DNA from: Nitrospinaceae bacterium
Lineage (GTDB): Bacteria > Nitrospinota > Nitrospinia > Nitrospinales > JACRGP01
Length of the DNA: 64,000 bases
Direction of reading: 5' to 3'
Assembly: GCA_029261555.1 (NCBI GenBank)
Contig: JAJDBB010000095.1
Coordinates: 33,511 to 97,510, forward strand
A model generated the notes under the pieces. The model worked only from the letters and a program-made list of their open reading frames with translations, searched no databases and was not told the origin of the DNA. Numbering within the stretch: the first letter of the stretch is position 1; every line of letters starts with the position of its first letter. A program made the position numbers and the translations under genes. Below, piece after piece: positions 46,420-56,704 of this stretch.

Positions 46420-47405
46420 GGCTTTCGGAAATTTTTGAGATACGGGGTCAGCCAGCCCTTCGCCATCAATTTTCTAAATCCGGCAAAACTCGATTTCCTC
46501 CCCGCCCGGATTTTTTTTCTTTCGCGCCAGACGCGCGGCAAACCAAAAACCGCGTCCCATTTAGCCCTCAATATAATTGCTCCCTGCCCGCGCAACGCGA
46601 ACCAAACCAGCGCGGCCAAATCCGCCAAAAGCCGCTGGGGAAGATAAATCCAGACCCAGGGAAACGGCATGTTCTTGAAATAGGACCACACCATATTTCG
46701 ATGGCCGTGGTAAACGGCAAAGTCGCTTTGCTTTCCCAGCGACGCCGAACCGATATGCGCGACGACGGATTCCGGAACCAATAGGCAACGATGGCCCAAA
46801 AACCGCAAGCGAAAAGCCAGGTCGACGTCCTCGAAATAATTAAAAAACGATTCGTCGAAACCATCCGCCTCCAACAAAGCGTCCCTGCTATAAAGGGCCG
46901 CGGCGGCGCAAGGCGCAAATATTTCCTGTTGTTTGATTTTACAAGCGCTTACCGGTCGTCCGTGTCCTCGCCGCCAAGCCAAGCCGCCGACATGGTAGAC
47001 GTCGCCCATCCCGTCAAGTAACGCGTTATCCGGATGGTTGAGCAAAAGACTGCCAAAAAACGAAAACTGAGGGAACTTGTTTGCCGCGTCCAAAAGTTTC
47101 TCCAGCCAGTCGGGCCGGGGGAAGGCGTCCGGATTGAGCAGGGCGATCCAGCGGCAGTCGTCCGCCCTTTTTATGGCGAGGTTGTTTGCCGCCGCAAAGC
47201 CCAGGTTTTCTTCCGAGGCGACGATTTCCACTTCATTATATTCGTCGCGAATTCCTTCCAGGGAGCCGTCGGAACTCGCGTTGTCCACCACGACCACTCT
47301 TTTTGGGAGTCGCGTTTGGCGGGACAAGGCTTTCAGGCAGTCGCGAAGGCAAAAGCCGGAGTTCCAGTTGACGATCACAACGGCGATGGAATTATTTTCG
47401 GTCAT
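46416..47405 (-). CDS. GT2 glycosyltransferase
   Basis: VVIVNWN, VVDNASSDGS, NLGFAAANN, LLNPD, YFEDVDL. Start ATG at 47405. Confidence 0.9.
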   Translation of the reverse strand: MTENNSIAVVIVNWNSGFCLRDCLKALSRQTRLPKRVVVVDNASSDGSLEGIRDEYNEVEIVASEENLGFAAANNLAIKRADDCRWIALLNPDAFPRPDWLEKLLDAANKFPQFSFFGSLLLNHPDNALLDGMGDVYHVGGLAWRRGHGRPVSACKIKQQEIFAPCAAAALYSRDALLEADGFDESFFNYFEDVDLAFRLRFLGHRCLLVPESVVAHIGSASLGKQSDFAVYHGHRNMVWSYFKNMPFPWVWIYLPQRLLADLAALVWFALRGQGAIILRAKWDAVFGLPRVWRERKKIRAGRKSSFAGFRKLMAKGWLTPYLKNFRKP

Positions 47406-47763
47406 GGAGAAATCGTGGGGAGCGTTTCGATACGCTTGGACGCCGAAGAAAGCTACGGCCAAATCCCTCCACCTGTAAGGTGGCAATGAAAGGCAAACTG
47501 CAAAATTATCCTATCATAACCGAACCGGTTTTATTGAAGGCAATCCCGAGGTTGCGATTCTGGCCGCTATCCTTTACCCTGTGGGCGAACAGATTGCCAA
47601 TTGGCATTGAGGCCAGCGGTTTGGTTTACAAACCCAACACGGCTTGTAGCGCTCGCCGTGTAAGCGCCGCTTATTAGGTCCAGCGGCACGCTGGCAAAAA
47701 CGCTTTAAAAGGTTAAAAATTCCCCACGCTTTCAATCATCCACCTGAACACTCCGAAATAAAA

Positions 47764-48783
47764 ATGAAAATACTAGTTACCGGCGCCGCTGGATTTATCG
47801 GTTATCACACTTCCAAACGTTTGATGGACGACGGACATGAAGTGATCGGCTACGATATTGTAGACGATTATTACGACGTCAACTTGAAATTGGCGCGTTT
47901 GAATATGCTCAAGGACTACGACAAGTTTACTTTTCTCCAGAAGAATATCAACGACAAGGAAGCCGTCGACGCCATGTTCAAAACGCACGAACCGCAGAGG
48001 GTGGTTCACCTGGCGGCCCAGGCGGGAGTGCGCCATTCCATCGATCACCCGCACATGTTTATCAAGGACAACGTCGAAGGATTTTTGCACATGCTGGAAT
48101 GTTGCCGGCATTTCAAAACAGAACATCTGGTTTACGCATCCACCAGTTCGGTGTATGGGTTGAATGAAAATTTCCCGTTTAAGGAATCGGACAACGTGGA
48201 CCACCCGGTTTCATTTTATGGCGCCACCAAAAAGGCCAACGAGTTGATGGCCCACACCTACTCGCATTTATTCAACCTGCCCACGACGGGTCTGCGGTTT
48301 TTTACGGTGTACGGTCCCTGGGGCCGCCCGGACATGGCGCTGTTCCTGTTCACCAGCGCCATTGCGGAAAAACGGCCACTAGACGTTTACAATTACGGAA
48401 AGATGGCGCGAGACTTCACCTACATCGACGATATCGTCGAGGGCATAGTGCGCGTGTTAATGAAAGCTCCGGAACCCGATTCCGACTGGACGAGCGAGGC
48501 CCCGAACCCCGCCTCCTCCTCCGCTCCGTATCGCGTTTACAATATCGGCTCCACGCAATCCGTCGACCTGCTCGACTTCATCCGGGAAATCGAAAAAAAT
48601 CTGGGGATGAAGGGCGAGTTGAACATGATGCCCATGCAACCCGGCGACGTGGTCAAATCTCTGGCGGACGCCTCGCTCCTGGTCAAGGACTTCGGCTACC
48701 AGCCCAAATACGGCGTCGAACACGGGATCAAACAGTTTGTCGACTGGTACGTCGATTACTACAACGTAAAAAGACCCGGTTAA
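47764..48783 (+). CDS. NAD-dependent epimerase (UDP-glucuronate 4-epimerase type)
   Basis: TGAAGFIG, HLAAQAGVR, YGATKKANE, RFFTVYGPWGRPDMA. Confidence 0.92.
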   Translation: MKILVTGAAGFIGYHTSKRLMDDGHEVIGYDIVDDYYDVNLKLARLNMLKDYDKFTFLQKNINDKEAVDAMFKTHEPQRVVHLAAQAGVRHSIDHPHMFIKDNVEGFLHMLECCRHFKTEHLVYASTSSVYGLNENFPFKESDNVDHPVSFYGATKKANELMAHTYSHLFNLPTTGLRFFTVYGPWGRPDMALFLFTSAIAEKRPLDVYNYGKMARDFTYIDDIVEGIVRVLMKAPEPDSDWTSEAPNPASSSAPYRVYNIGSTQSVDLLDFIREIEKNLGMKGELNMMPMQPGDVVKSLADASLLVKDFGYQPKYGVEHGIKQFVDWYVDYYNVKRPG

Positions 48784-48859
48784 CGGCGCGCGTCGGACCG
48801 ACGTCTCTACGGCGCCGTCTAAAATCCAGCGCGGGTTCTAAATTTTTTACTTCAGCGCC

Positions 48860-50401
48860 ATGGCGCCCAACTCCTCCATAAAAAATAGATTCGCGACCAG
48901 CTTGGCTGCCAACGCCGTTCGCGGCGGGGTTAATTTCCTCGTCGCTCTGCTAGTCGCCCGCAATCTCGGTCCCGCCTCCTACGGCGATTTCGTTTTCCTG
49001 ATGGGGACCTTCGTAGCCCTCAAAACGCTGATGGAAATGGGAACGTCCAACGCGTTTTACACTTTTATTTCCCAACGCCCGCGCAGTCTGGCCTTCATAG
49101 GCGCTTACGCTCTCTGGCAGTTGGCCCTGCTGGCGCTGGTTGCGGGGACAATCGGATTTCTCTTGCCGCAAGCGTGGATGGAAATAATCTGGCTCGGCCA
49201 TGGCAGGACGTTAATTCTCCTCGCGCTGGGCGCCGTGTTTTTCCAGGAGCAGGCCTGGCTCACAGTCGCGCGAATCGGCGAGGCGCTGCGAATGACCGCC
49301 CAGACGCAAGCTATCAACCTTTGCGTCGCGCTGGCCCATCTGGCGCTAGTGCTGGGCGCCGTCCTTTTTGAAAGTCTGACCATCGACCTGATCTTCAAAT
49401 TTTTTGTCGCGGAATACGCCGTCGCCGTTTTAATTGCTATGCGAGTGTTTCGAATTCTGGAAATAGAGGGAGAGCCTTTTGACGCCAAAACCGTCCTGAG
49501 CGATTACTGGACTTATTGCTCCCCCACCCTGGTCTACGTCTGGCTTTGTTTTGCCGCCGAGTTTGCCGACCGCTGGCTCCTCCAACACTTCGGCGGCTCC
49601 GTCGAACAGGGAATCTTCGGCGTGGGACTCCGCATCAGCGGGGTATGCCTGCTGGTCGCCACTTCTCTTTTGAATATTTTTTGGAAGGAATCCGCAGAGG
49701 CTCTGGAGACAGACGATCTCGCCCGCTTGCAAAAATTGTACAAAACGGCGGTGCGCCTCGCGGCATGCTTCGCCGCCCTGGCAAGCGGATTCCTCATTCC
49801 CTGGAGCGCCGAGATTCTTCGGCTAACGGTCGGCTCTTCTTATTCTCAGGGTTCCATGGTCCTGGCGATCATGCTCCTGTATCCCATCCATCAATCCTGG
49901 GGGACCATCAACCAGATCATGCTGTTCGCCTCCGGAGAGACTCGCGCGCATTTGTTTTTGAATGGAATTTTTTTGGCGATCAACCTGCCTTTAACATGGT
50001 TCGTCCTCGCTCCGCAAGACGCCTGGCTCCCCGGACTCCAACTGGGGTCCCTGGGCATGGCGCTGAAACTGATCGCCTATACCGTAATCAGTACCAACGT
50101 TATTTCATGGTGGATCGGAAGGCGTTTTGGTTGGGGACTCGATTGTAGCTTCCAGTTTATCGCGATCGGAGGCGCCCTGGCTTCCGGTTGGCTCGCATAC
50201 CAGGCGGCGACGTCCATTGCCGCTTTCATGCACTTGAATATTGTGGTTACAATAGGGTGCGCTTTTATTATCCATTGTGCGCTGGCCGGGTCCGGATTAT
50301 GGTTTTATCCCGGCCTGATCGGTCAAAGCCGGAAGGAAATGCGTTCGTATCTTGCCCGGACTTTAAATTTCGTTGGAATTAATTTTTCTGGAACACGATG
50401 A
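48860..50401 (+). CDS. wzx: Wzx-type oligosaccharide flippase
   Basis: About 12-14 TM segments, ARNLGPASYG, DRWLL...QGIFGVG pattern, glycan-locus context. Confidence 0.8.
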   Translation: MAPNSSIKNRFATSLAANAVRGGVNFLVALLVARNLGPASYGDFVFLMGTFVALKTLMEMGTSNAFYTFISQRPRSLAFIGAYALWQLALLALVAGTIGFLLPQAWMEIIWLGHGRTLILLALGAVFFQEQAWLTVARIGEALRMTAQTQAINLCVALAHLALVLGAVLFESLTIDLIFKFFVAEYAVAVLIAMRVFRILEIEGEPFDAKTVLSDYWTYCSPTLVYVWLCFAAEFADRWLLQHFGGSVEQGIFGVGLRISGVCLLVATSLLNIFWKESAEALETDDLARLQKLYKTAVRLAACFAALASGFLIPWSAEILRLTVGSSYSQGSMVLAIMLLYPIHQSWGTINQIMLFASGETRAHLFLNGIFLAINLPLTWFVLAPQDAWLPGLQLGSLGMALKLIAYTVISTNVISWWIGRRFGWGLDCSFQFIAIGGALASGWLAYQAATSIAAFMHLNIVVTIGCAFIIHCALAGSGLWFYPGLIGQSRKEMRSYLARTLNFVGINFSGTR

Positions 50402-50431
50402 TCATTTTGACAAATATTTTTGCGCGAAAAA

Positions 50432-51418
50432 ATGACTGCTAGCCAACGAGTCCTCATAACCACTTTTCCCTTCGGCGAAGTCGACCTGGCGCCGCTGACG
50501 ATTTTGCAAGAATCGAGGGCGGAGTTCGTTCTCAACCCATTCAAACGCAAACTTAAGGAAGCCGAATTGGCCGAATTGATCGAAGGATTCGATATTCTCA
50601 TCGCCGGCACGGAACCCATTACGGAAAACGTACTGAACCGGGCCTCGGATTTGAAATTCATTTCGCGAGTGGGTATCGGCCTGGACTCCGTTGATCTTCT
50701 CACGGCGGAAAAACGCGGGATTGCGGTTTCCTACACGCCGGACGCGCCTTCCGCCGCGGCGTCGGAGTTGACGATTGGCTTGATGCTTTCCCTTTTAAGA
50801 CACATTCCGCAGGCGGACCAAAACGTCAAGAACTCCAGTTGGCGCCGTTTGATGGGCAGACAAATTTCCGATTGCGTGGTGGGCGTGATTGGAATGGGAC
50901 GAATTGGAAAACGCGTTGTCCGCTTGCTACATGCCTTTGGCCCCAAAATTCTCGCCAATGATTTGTTTCCCGACAAGGAGTTTGGAGATCAATTTGGAAT
51001 ACGTTGGACGGATAAAGACGCAATTTACCGGGAGGCCGACGTTATCACGATTCACGTTCCTCTCACCCGGCTGACAAAAAACCTCGTCGCCGAGAAGGAA
51101 ATTCAAACGATGAAATCGAACTCCGTTTTGCTGAATACCTCCAGAGGCGGTATCATAAATGAAAAATATCTGGCCGAGGCTTTGAGGTCGAACACAATTG
51201 CCGCCGCCGCGCTCGACGTTTTTGAAGAGGAGCCTTATGTCGGCGAATTGGCCGATCTGGACAATTGCTTGCTCACCGCGCATATGGGATCCATGTCCGA
51301 GTCCTGCCGCAAGAGGATGGAGCGGGAAGCGGCGGAGGAAGCCGCGCGTTTTATCCGGGGAGACCCCTTGCACAACCCCGTCCCGCAAGTGGAATACGAC
51401 GTCCAGCGGCAAATATAA
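50432..51418 (+). CDS. D-isomer-specific 2-hydroxyacid (SerA-like) dehydrogenase
   Basis: RVGIGLD, GVIGMGRIG, HVPLT, NTSRG, LDVFEEEP, HMGS. Confidence 0.9.
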   Translation: MTASQRVLITTFPFGEVDLAPLTILQESRAEFVLNPFKRKLKEAELAELIEGFDILIAGTEPITENVLNRASDLKFISRVGIGLDSVDLLTAEKRGIAVSYTPDAPSAAASELTIGLMLSLLRHIPQADQNVKNSSWRRLMGRQISDCVVGVIGMGRIGKRVVRLLHAFGPKILANDLFPDKEFGDQFGIRWTDKDAIYREADVITIHVPLTRLTKNLVAEKEIQTMKSNSVLLNTSRGGIINEKYLAEALRSNTIAAAALDVFEEEPYVGELADLDNCLLTAHMGSMSESCRKRMEREAAEEAARFIRGDPLHNPVPQVEYDVQRQI

Positions 51419-51430
51419 AATCACGCCCCC

Positions 51431-52597
51431 TTGGAAAAGGTTATGGAAAACGCAACCGACGTTTATCGGAAACAAAACAGCTTCCACGCAACGAATTGTT
51501 CCGGGAGTTTGGAAGAGACGCGGCCTCGCCTTGAAAAAGTTTTGCGGGAAGACCCACAGGCATATTTTTCGGACGGCCAAAATAACCTTCTTAAAACCGC
51601 CTGCAAGGAAGCGCTGGGCCTGACGGCTCCCGAAAAAGGTTTTACCCCATTCCAGTTGCATCCGTTCAACCTGGATGAAATCGACAGGTTGCCGGACGCA
51701 GAACTTCCGCGCTACCTTCTCTATCGCTATCGATACGACGTTTATCCCGCCCGGCGGATTCTCGACGATTACCCGCCCTGCGTGCAGATCGAACCTTCGT
51801 CCATTTGCAATTACCGTTGCGTGTTTTGCTATCAGGTCGACGAGGCGTTTACGGACAAAAGCTCCGGAATGATGGGAAGCATGTCGCTGGAAATGTTTAA
51901 AAGCCTGATCGACCGGTTGGAGGGACGCTGCGAAGCCGTCACTTTGGCGTCGCGTGGGGAACCCCTGATATGCCCGGATATTGAGGCCATGCTGGACTAC
52001 GCGGGCGGAAAATTTCTGGCGCTCAAAATAAACACCAACGCCTGGTTTCTGGACGAAGCCAAATGCCACGCCATTCTGCGGGCGGACGTCGGTTCACTGG
52101 TGTTTTCGGCGGACGCCGTTTCCGAGCCCGCCTACAGCCAATTGCGAGTCAACGGAAATTTGGAGCGCGTTTATAAAAACATTCGTCGCTTTCGCGAAAT
52201 CCGCGCCCGCCATTATCCCAAGTCGCGCGTAATCACTCGCGTGTCCGGGGTGCGGTACCCGAAGGCAGACTCCCTGCAAGCGATGAAAACTTTTTGGGCG
52301 GAAATGGTGGATCAAGTCGCCCTCGTGGAATACAATCCTTGGGAAAACATTTACGAGAGACCGGCGAACGATATATCCGAAGCCTGCTCGGATTTATGGC
52401 GGCGGCTTTTTATATGGTGGGATGGAACCGCCAACCCATGCGACAGCGATTACAAATCCACTTTAAAAATGGCGCAGTCGGAAGCGCCGGACGTCCGGGA
52501 GATATGGCGCTCCGAGGCATATGAAGCCCTGCGGCGCGATCACCTTGTCGGCGCAAGGAAAAACCGAACCCCTTGCAATAGTTGCCAAACGGTTTAA
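51431..52597 (+). CDS. Radical SAM protein with SPASM/twitch domain
   Basis: CNYRCVFC, RGEP, C-terminal C...C...CNSC. Confidence 0.9.
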   Translation: MEKVMENATDVYRKQNSFHATNCSGSLEETRPRLEKVLREDPQAYFSDGQNNLLKTACKEALGLTAPEKGFTPFQLHPFNLDEIDRLPDAELPRYLLYRYRYDVYPARRILDDYPPCVQIEPSSICNYRCVFCYQVDEAFTDKSSGMMGSMSLEMFKSLIDRLEGRCEAVTLASRGEPLICPDIEAMLDYAGGKFLALKINTNAWFLDEAKCHAILRADVGSLVFSADAVSEPAYSQLRVNGNLERVYKNIRRFREIRARHYPKSRVITRVSGVRYPKADSLQAMKTFWAEMVDQVALVEYNPWENIYERPANDISEACSDLWRRLFIWWDGTANPCDSDYKSTLKMAQSEAPDVREIWRSEAYEALRRDHLVGARKNRTPCNSCQTV

Positions 52598-52605
52598 AAA
52601 CTTTC

Positions 52606-53355
52606 ATGAAAATTCACAGCCTGAAGGGCAAGAAAATTTTGATCACCGGCGCCAGCGGCGGAATCGGTTCCTCCATGGCGATTTTATTTGCGGAGCACGG
52701 CGGCAAAATCGGATTGCATTATCATACGAACCGGGACCAGGCAAGAATCCTGGAGCGTAGCATCACGGAGAGCGGAGGAGACGCCGCCTGTTTCAAGGCC
52801 AATCTCCTTGCCAAAAATTGCGCGGCGCTGGTCGACAAATTCATCGACCGGTTTGGAGGGATCGACGTTTTAATTAATAATGCGGGCGGCGTATTGGGCT
52901 GTCGACATTTTGCCGAACTGGACGAGGCGGACTGGAAACAAACTATGGCGCTCAACGCGGAGGCGGCATTTTTTCTTTCTCAAAGAGCCTTTTCCTTCAT
53001 GAAAGATAATGGCGGCGGCCGCATCGTCAACATCAGTTCTATTTCCGTGAAATACGGGGGTTCGCCGCAGACTTTGCACTACGCCGCCGCAAAAGCCGCT
53101 CTGGAAGCGGTTACTATAGGCTTGGCGCGCGCGGGCGCTCCGCACAAAATTCTGGTCAACGCCGTACGGGGAGGATTCATCGACACGGCGCTTCACCAAA
53201 AACTTGGAGCCAAGAATATCAAAAAGCGAATCGGCCTCATCCCCCTGAAACGAGCCGGCAAGCCGGAGGATATTTCCCGCATGGCGCTGTTCCTCGCCTC
53301 CGAAGCGGGCGACTTCATCACCGGGGAAACTTTCACGGTGGGCGGCGGAGATTGA
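52606..53355 (+). CDS. Short-chain dehydrogenase/reductase
   Basis: TGASGGIG, NNAG, catalytic S...YAAAK. Confidence 0.92.
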   Translation: MKIHSLKGKKILITGASGGIGSSMAILFAEHGGKIGLHYHTNRDQARILERSITESGGDAACFKANLLAKNCAALVDKFIDRFGGIDVLINNAGGVLGCRHFAELDEADWKQTMALNAEAAFFLSQRAFSFMKDNGGGRIVNISSISVKYGGSPQTLHYAAAKAALEAVTIGLARAGAPHKILVNAVRGGFIDTALHQKLGAKNIKKRIGLIPLKRAGKPEDISRMALFLASEAGDFITGETFTVGGGD

Positions 53356-53403
53356 CCGGACGAAAACGCAGAATCTTTTTTTAACAATATGAAACGCATT
53401 TAA

Positions 53404-54177
53404 ATGTTTGGACTTGAAAAAAAAATTCACGCCCAGCTTTCCCTGTTGAAGGACAAATTTGATCTTCAGGGAATCAAGGCCGAGTTTGAAGCCGAGGGCG
53501 CGTCCTTCCGCGACTTGGTGCGGCTCCGCAGGCTGGCAGACAAACTGGACCTGAAATTATTTCTTAAAATCGGCGGCGTCGAGGCAGTGCGCGACGTGAA
53601 AGATTCCCTGGAGTTGGGAGTCGACGGCCTGATCGCTCCCATGGTGGAAAGCGAATTCGGGTTGAAAAAGTTTCTCGACGCTTATCATTCCATTTACAAG
53701 GACCGTCATATTCATAAATCCATAAACATTGAAACCCGCACGGGCGTCGAAAATCTGGACGCCATTTTATCCCTGGCGAAAGGCGAAATCGACAACATCA
53801 CGGTAGGTAGAACAGATTTGAGCGCCTCCTACTTCGACGAAGAGATTCACCCGGACAGCGAGTTCATTTTTAAACTGATTGCAGATTTGGGAGAAAAAAT
53901 CAATACCGCGGGCGTCGCCATGACGGTGGGCGGCACTTTAAGCTCCCGTTCTCTCACTTACATGAACAGCCATAAATGCGAATGGATTAATAATATTCAC
54001 TGGTTGGAAACGCGAAAAACCATTTTCCCGACGCGAATCATGCTGGACAACAAAGACTGCCTTTTGGCCGCGCTCCGATTTGAAGAGCTATATATTTTGT
54101 CCAAAAAGGAAATTAGCGATTTGTTTCTGGAGTCCGAAACGGCTCGGCTTGCCCGGCTCCGGGCGAGAGCGAAATAA
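53404..54177 (+). CDS. HpcH/HpaI aldolase / citrate lyase-like protein
   Basis: GIKAEFEAEG, KIGGVEA, IAPMVES, NIET, VGRTDL. Confidence 0.75.
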   Translation: MFGLEKKIHAQLSLLKDKFDLQGIKAEFEAEGASFRDLVRLRRLADKLDLKLFLKIGGVEAVRDVKDSLELGVDGLIAPMVESEFGLKKFLDAYHSIYKDRHIHKSINIETRTGVENLDAILSLAKGEIDNITVGRTDLSASYFDEEIHPDSEFIFKLIADLGEKINTAGVAMTVGGTLSSRSLTYMNSHKCEWINNIHWLETRKTIFPTRIMLDNKDCLLAALRFEELYILSKKEISDLFLESETARLARLRARAK

Positions 54178-54221
54178 TGAGTCATACCCCTAAAAGAATT
54201 TTAACGCGGAGGCTCTAAACC

Positions 54222-54929
54222 TTGAAAGTCGCCGCCTTGCTGACCGGTCGGGGCGCCAACACCCTGCCGGACAAGAACCTTCTTCCCGTGCTGGGAAAGC
54301 CGCTGATGACCTACCCCGCCTCTGCGGCGAAAGCTTCCGCATTGGTGGACGACTTTTTTGTCAGTAGCGACGACGATAAGATTCTGGACGCTGGAGCAGC
54401 CGCTGGTTACAAAAAGATCAAACGGCCTCCAGAGTTGGGAACTCCGGAAGCTAAACACGTCGACGTTCTTTTACACGCCTTGAAGTTTCTCGAACGCGAA
54501 AAAAACGTTCCCGACGTCCTCGTTGTTCTGCTGGCGAATTCCGTTTCCATTAAAACCGAGTGGATCGACGATTGCATTCGCATAATCCAGGAACGACCGG
54601 AAGTCTCCGCCGTCGTCCCCGCCGTTCAGGATCAGGACCGGCATCCCCACCGTGCAAAACGCCATAATCCGGAAGGATTCCTCGAAAGTTTTTTTGATTT
54701 TGAGGAACAAACCGTCTCCTCCAACCGACAGGAACTGGAACCCAGTTATTTCCTTTGCCATAATTTCTGGGCGTTGAACGTCCGGCTTTCCCTTCTGGGG
54801 AAGGACGGCCAGCCGCCTTGGGAGTTTATGGGCGACCGCGTTCTTCCCTACGTCGTTGAAGATTGTCCGGACGTCCATACGCTGGAAGATATCTCCCGAT
54901 CTGAAGAGTGGTTGCGCAAAAATTTTTAA
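54222..54929 (+). CDS. NeuA/KdsB-like acylneuraminate cytidylyltransferase
   Basis: GRG...LPDKNL..VLGKPL, VSSDD, RP.EL, DVHT.ED. Confidence 0.85.
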   Translation: MKVAALLTGRGANTLPDKNLLPVLGKPLMTYPASAAKASALVDDFFVSSDDDKILDAGAAAGYKKIKRPPELGTPEAKHVDVLLHALKFLEREKNVPDVLVVLLANSVSIKTEWIDDCIRIIQERPEVSAVVPAVQDQDRHPHRAKRHNPEGFLESFFDFEEQTVSSNRQELEPSYFLCHNFWALNVRLSLLGKDGQPPWEFMGDRVLPYVVEDCPDVHTLEDISRSEEWLRKNF

Positions 54930-55105
54930 TCTCCCCTTTTGGATCCATCGAATGTTCCAACCCGATCAAAGCGACGGCCTGTTTAAAGTTAACTTTGCCG
55001 CGCAAACATGTGTCCGCAAAACTGCTTTTAAATTGCCACCCCGCAGGGAAACTGGGATAATAATTTGGAAGTTTCCTTGTCCAAAACCATCCCGGCGCGA
55101 TCCTT

Positions 55106-56677
55106 ATGGGAATAAAAATCCTTTTTATCTATCCCAACACCTATGGCATGAACATGTTGCCGCCGGCCATCGCCTTGTTTTCCGCCTTGCTCAAGCGCGA
55201 AGGACACGAGGTTGACCTCTTCGACGCGACTTATTATCAGACGGATTACGGCGTGAATTCGGACGGAACCAAGGAGACGCGTCTGAACGTCGTTCCGTTC
55301 AAGGCCAACGATCTCGGCATAACAATGCGAACCAGTGATTGGCGCGAAGACCTGCGCAAAAATTTTGAAACCTTTCAACCCGACCTGATTGCGCTGTCTT
55401 CCACCGAAGACATGTGGCAATTGGGAATGTATCTTTTGGAATCCGCAAAGGATTGCATAACCCGCAACCGAATTCCCGTAATCGCCGGGGGCGTGTTCCC
55501 AACCTTCGCTCCCCTGCTGGCTCTTGCGCACGAAATGGTCGACATGGTTTGCGTGGGCGAAGGCGAAGGCGCGATGATTGAATTGTGTTCCCGCATTGAA
55601 AAAGGCCGCGCCTGGGACGACGTTGAAAACCTGTGGACCAAACAAAAGGACGGGTCCATCCGCAAAAATCCCATAGCCGCCCCCTACGACGTCGACGACG
55701 CGCCGGTCCTGGACATGAGCCTGTTTGAACCCGCGCGGCTGTACCGTCCCATGGCTGGAAAATGGTACAGGATGACTCCCGTGGAGACGATTCGCGGATG
55801 CCCCTACAAATGCTCCTTCTGTAATTCGCCGGACCAGATGGACCTCTACGACGCGCAAACGAATTCCAGTTTCTTTCGCAAAAAAAGGATCGAACTGGTC
55901 TACCGGGACCTCAAATATTTTAAAGATGAGTGGGGCGTCGAATACAATTATTTCTGGGCGGACACTTTTCTCGCCTGGAATGAATCCGAATTCGAAGAGT
56001 TCTGCGACATGTATTCAGAAATCGGCCTGCCTTTCTGGATGCAAACCCGTCCCGAGACAATCTCCGATTACAAGATTAAACGTCTGGCTAAGGTGGGCCT
56101 GCACCGCATCTCCTTCGGCGTCGAGCACGGCAATTCCAATTTGCGTCTCAAGCTCCTTAAACGGGACTGGAAAAACGAACCCATCGTCGAAGCGCTTAAA
56201 ATTCCGCATCGGCACGGAGTGGCGTTCAGCGTCAACAACATCACGGGATTCCCCACGGAGACCCGCGAGATGGCCATGGACACGGTGGAGCTGAACGTCC
56301 GCATCGAATCGGACAATCAGAATATGTACGCTTTCGTTCCGTTTCATGGAACGCCGCTGAGGAAACTGTGCGAAGACCAGGGCCTGATCGAACCCGGCGC
56401 GTTGACCCGGGCGCTGACGGACCGGCCCGTTCTGGACATGCCGCAATACCCTCGGGAAGAAGTTGAGGGGTTGATAAAATGTTTCGCGTTGTACGTTAAA
56501 TTCCCAAAATCGCGTTGGAAGGATATTCGACGCGCCGAAGCCAACGACCCAGAAGGCGAAAAAATTTTCGAAGAACTTCGCCGAGAATATCTGGACAAGT
56601 ACCTTCCAACGCCAAAGCCGGACCGGGAAATCCCCGCCACCGCCGACTTGGAGTACGGCCTGGAGAACGCCAATTAA
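55106..56677 (+). CDS. Cobalamin-binding radical SAM protein (class B methyltransferase-like)
   Basis: B12 domain GGVFPT...VGEGE, RGCPYKCSFC, SFGVEHG, GFPTET. Confidence 0.9.
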   Translation: MGIKILFIYPNTYGMNMLPPAIALFSALLKREGHEVDLFDATYYQTDYGVNSDGTKETRLNVVPFKANDLGITMRTSDWREDLRKNFETFQPDLIALSSTEDMWQLGMYLLESAKDCITRNRIPVIAGGVFPTFAPLLALAHEMVDMVCVGEGEGAMIELCSRIEKGRAWDDVENLWTKQKDGSIRKNPIAAPYDVDDAPVLDMSLFEPARLYRPMAGKWYRMTPVETIRGCPYKCSFCNSPDQMDLYDAQTNSSFFRKKRIELVYRDLKYFKDEWGVEYNYFWADTFLAWNESEFEEFCDMYSEIGLPFWMQTRPETISDYKIKRLAKVGLHRISFGVEHGNSNLRLKLLKRDWKNEPIVEALKIPHRHGVAFSVNNITGFPTETREMAMDTVELNVRIESDNQNMYAFVPFHGTPLRKLCEDQGLIEPGALTRALTDRPVLDMPQYPREEVEGLIKCFALYVKFPKSRWKDIRRAEANDPEGEKIFEELRREYLDKYLPTPKPDREIPATADLEYGLENAN

Positions 56678-56704
56678 TTCTAAACTATCAATTACGGATT
56701 TATA

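Noticed and set aside
47480-47760. JUMPstart/ops element ahead of the glycan genes
   Set aside because: No GGCGGTAG ops core was found here or at 37425-37688, only weak hairpins.
50927-52069. 380-aa minus-strand ORF
   Set aside because: Antisense shadow of the dehydrogenase and radical SAM genes, with no recognisable motifs.
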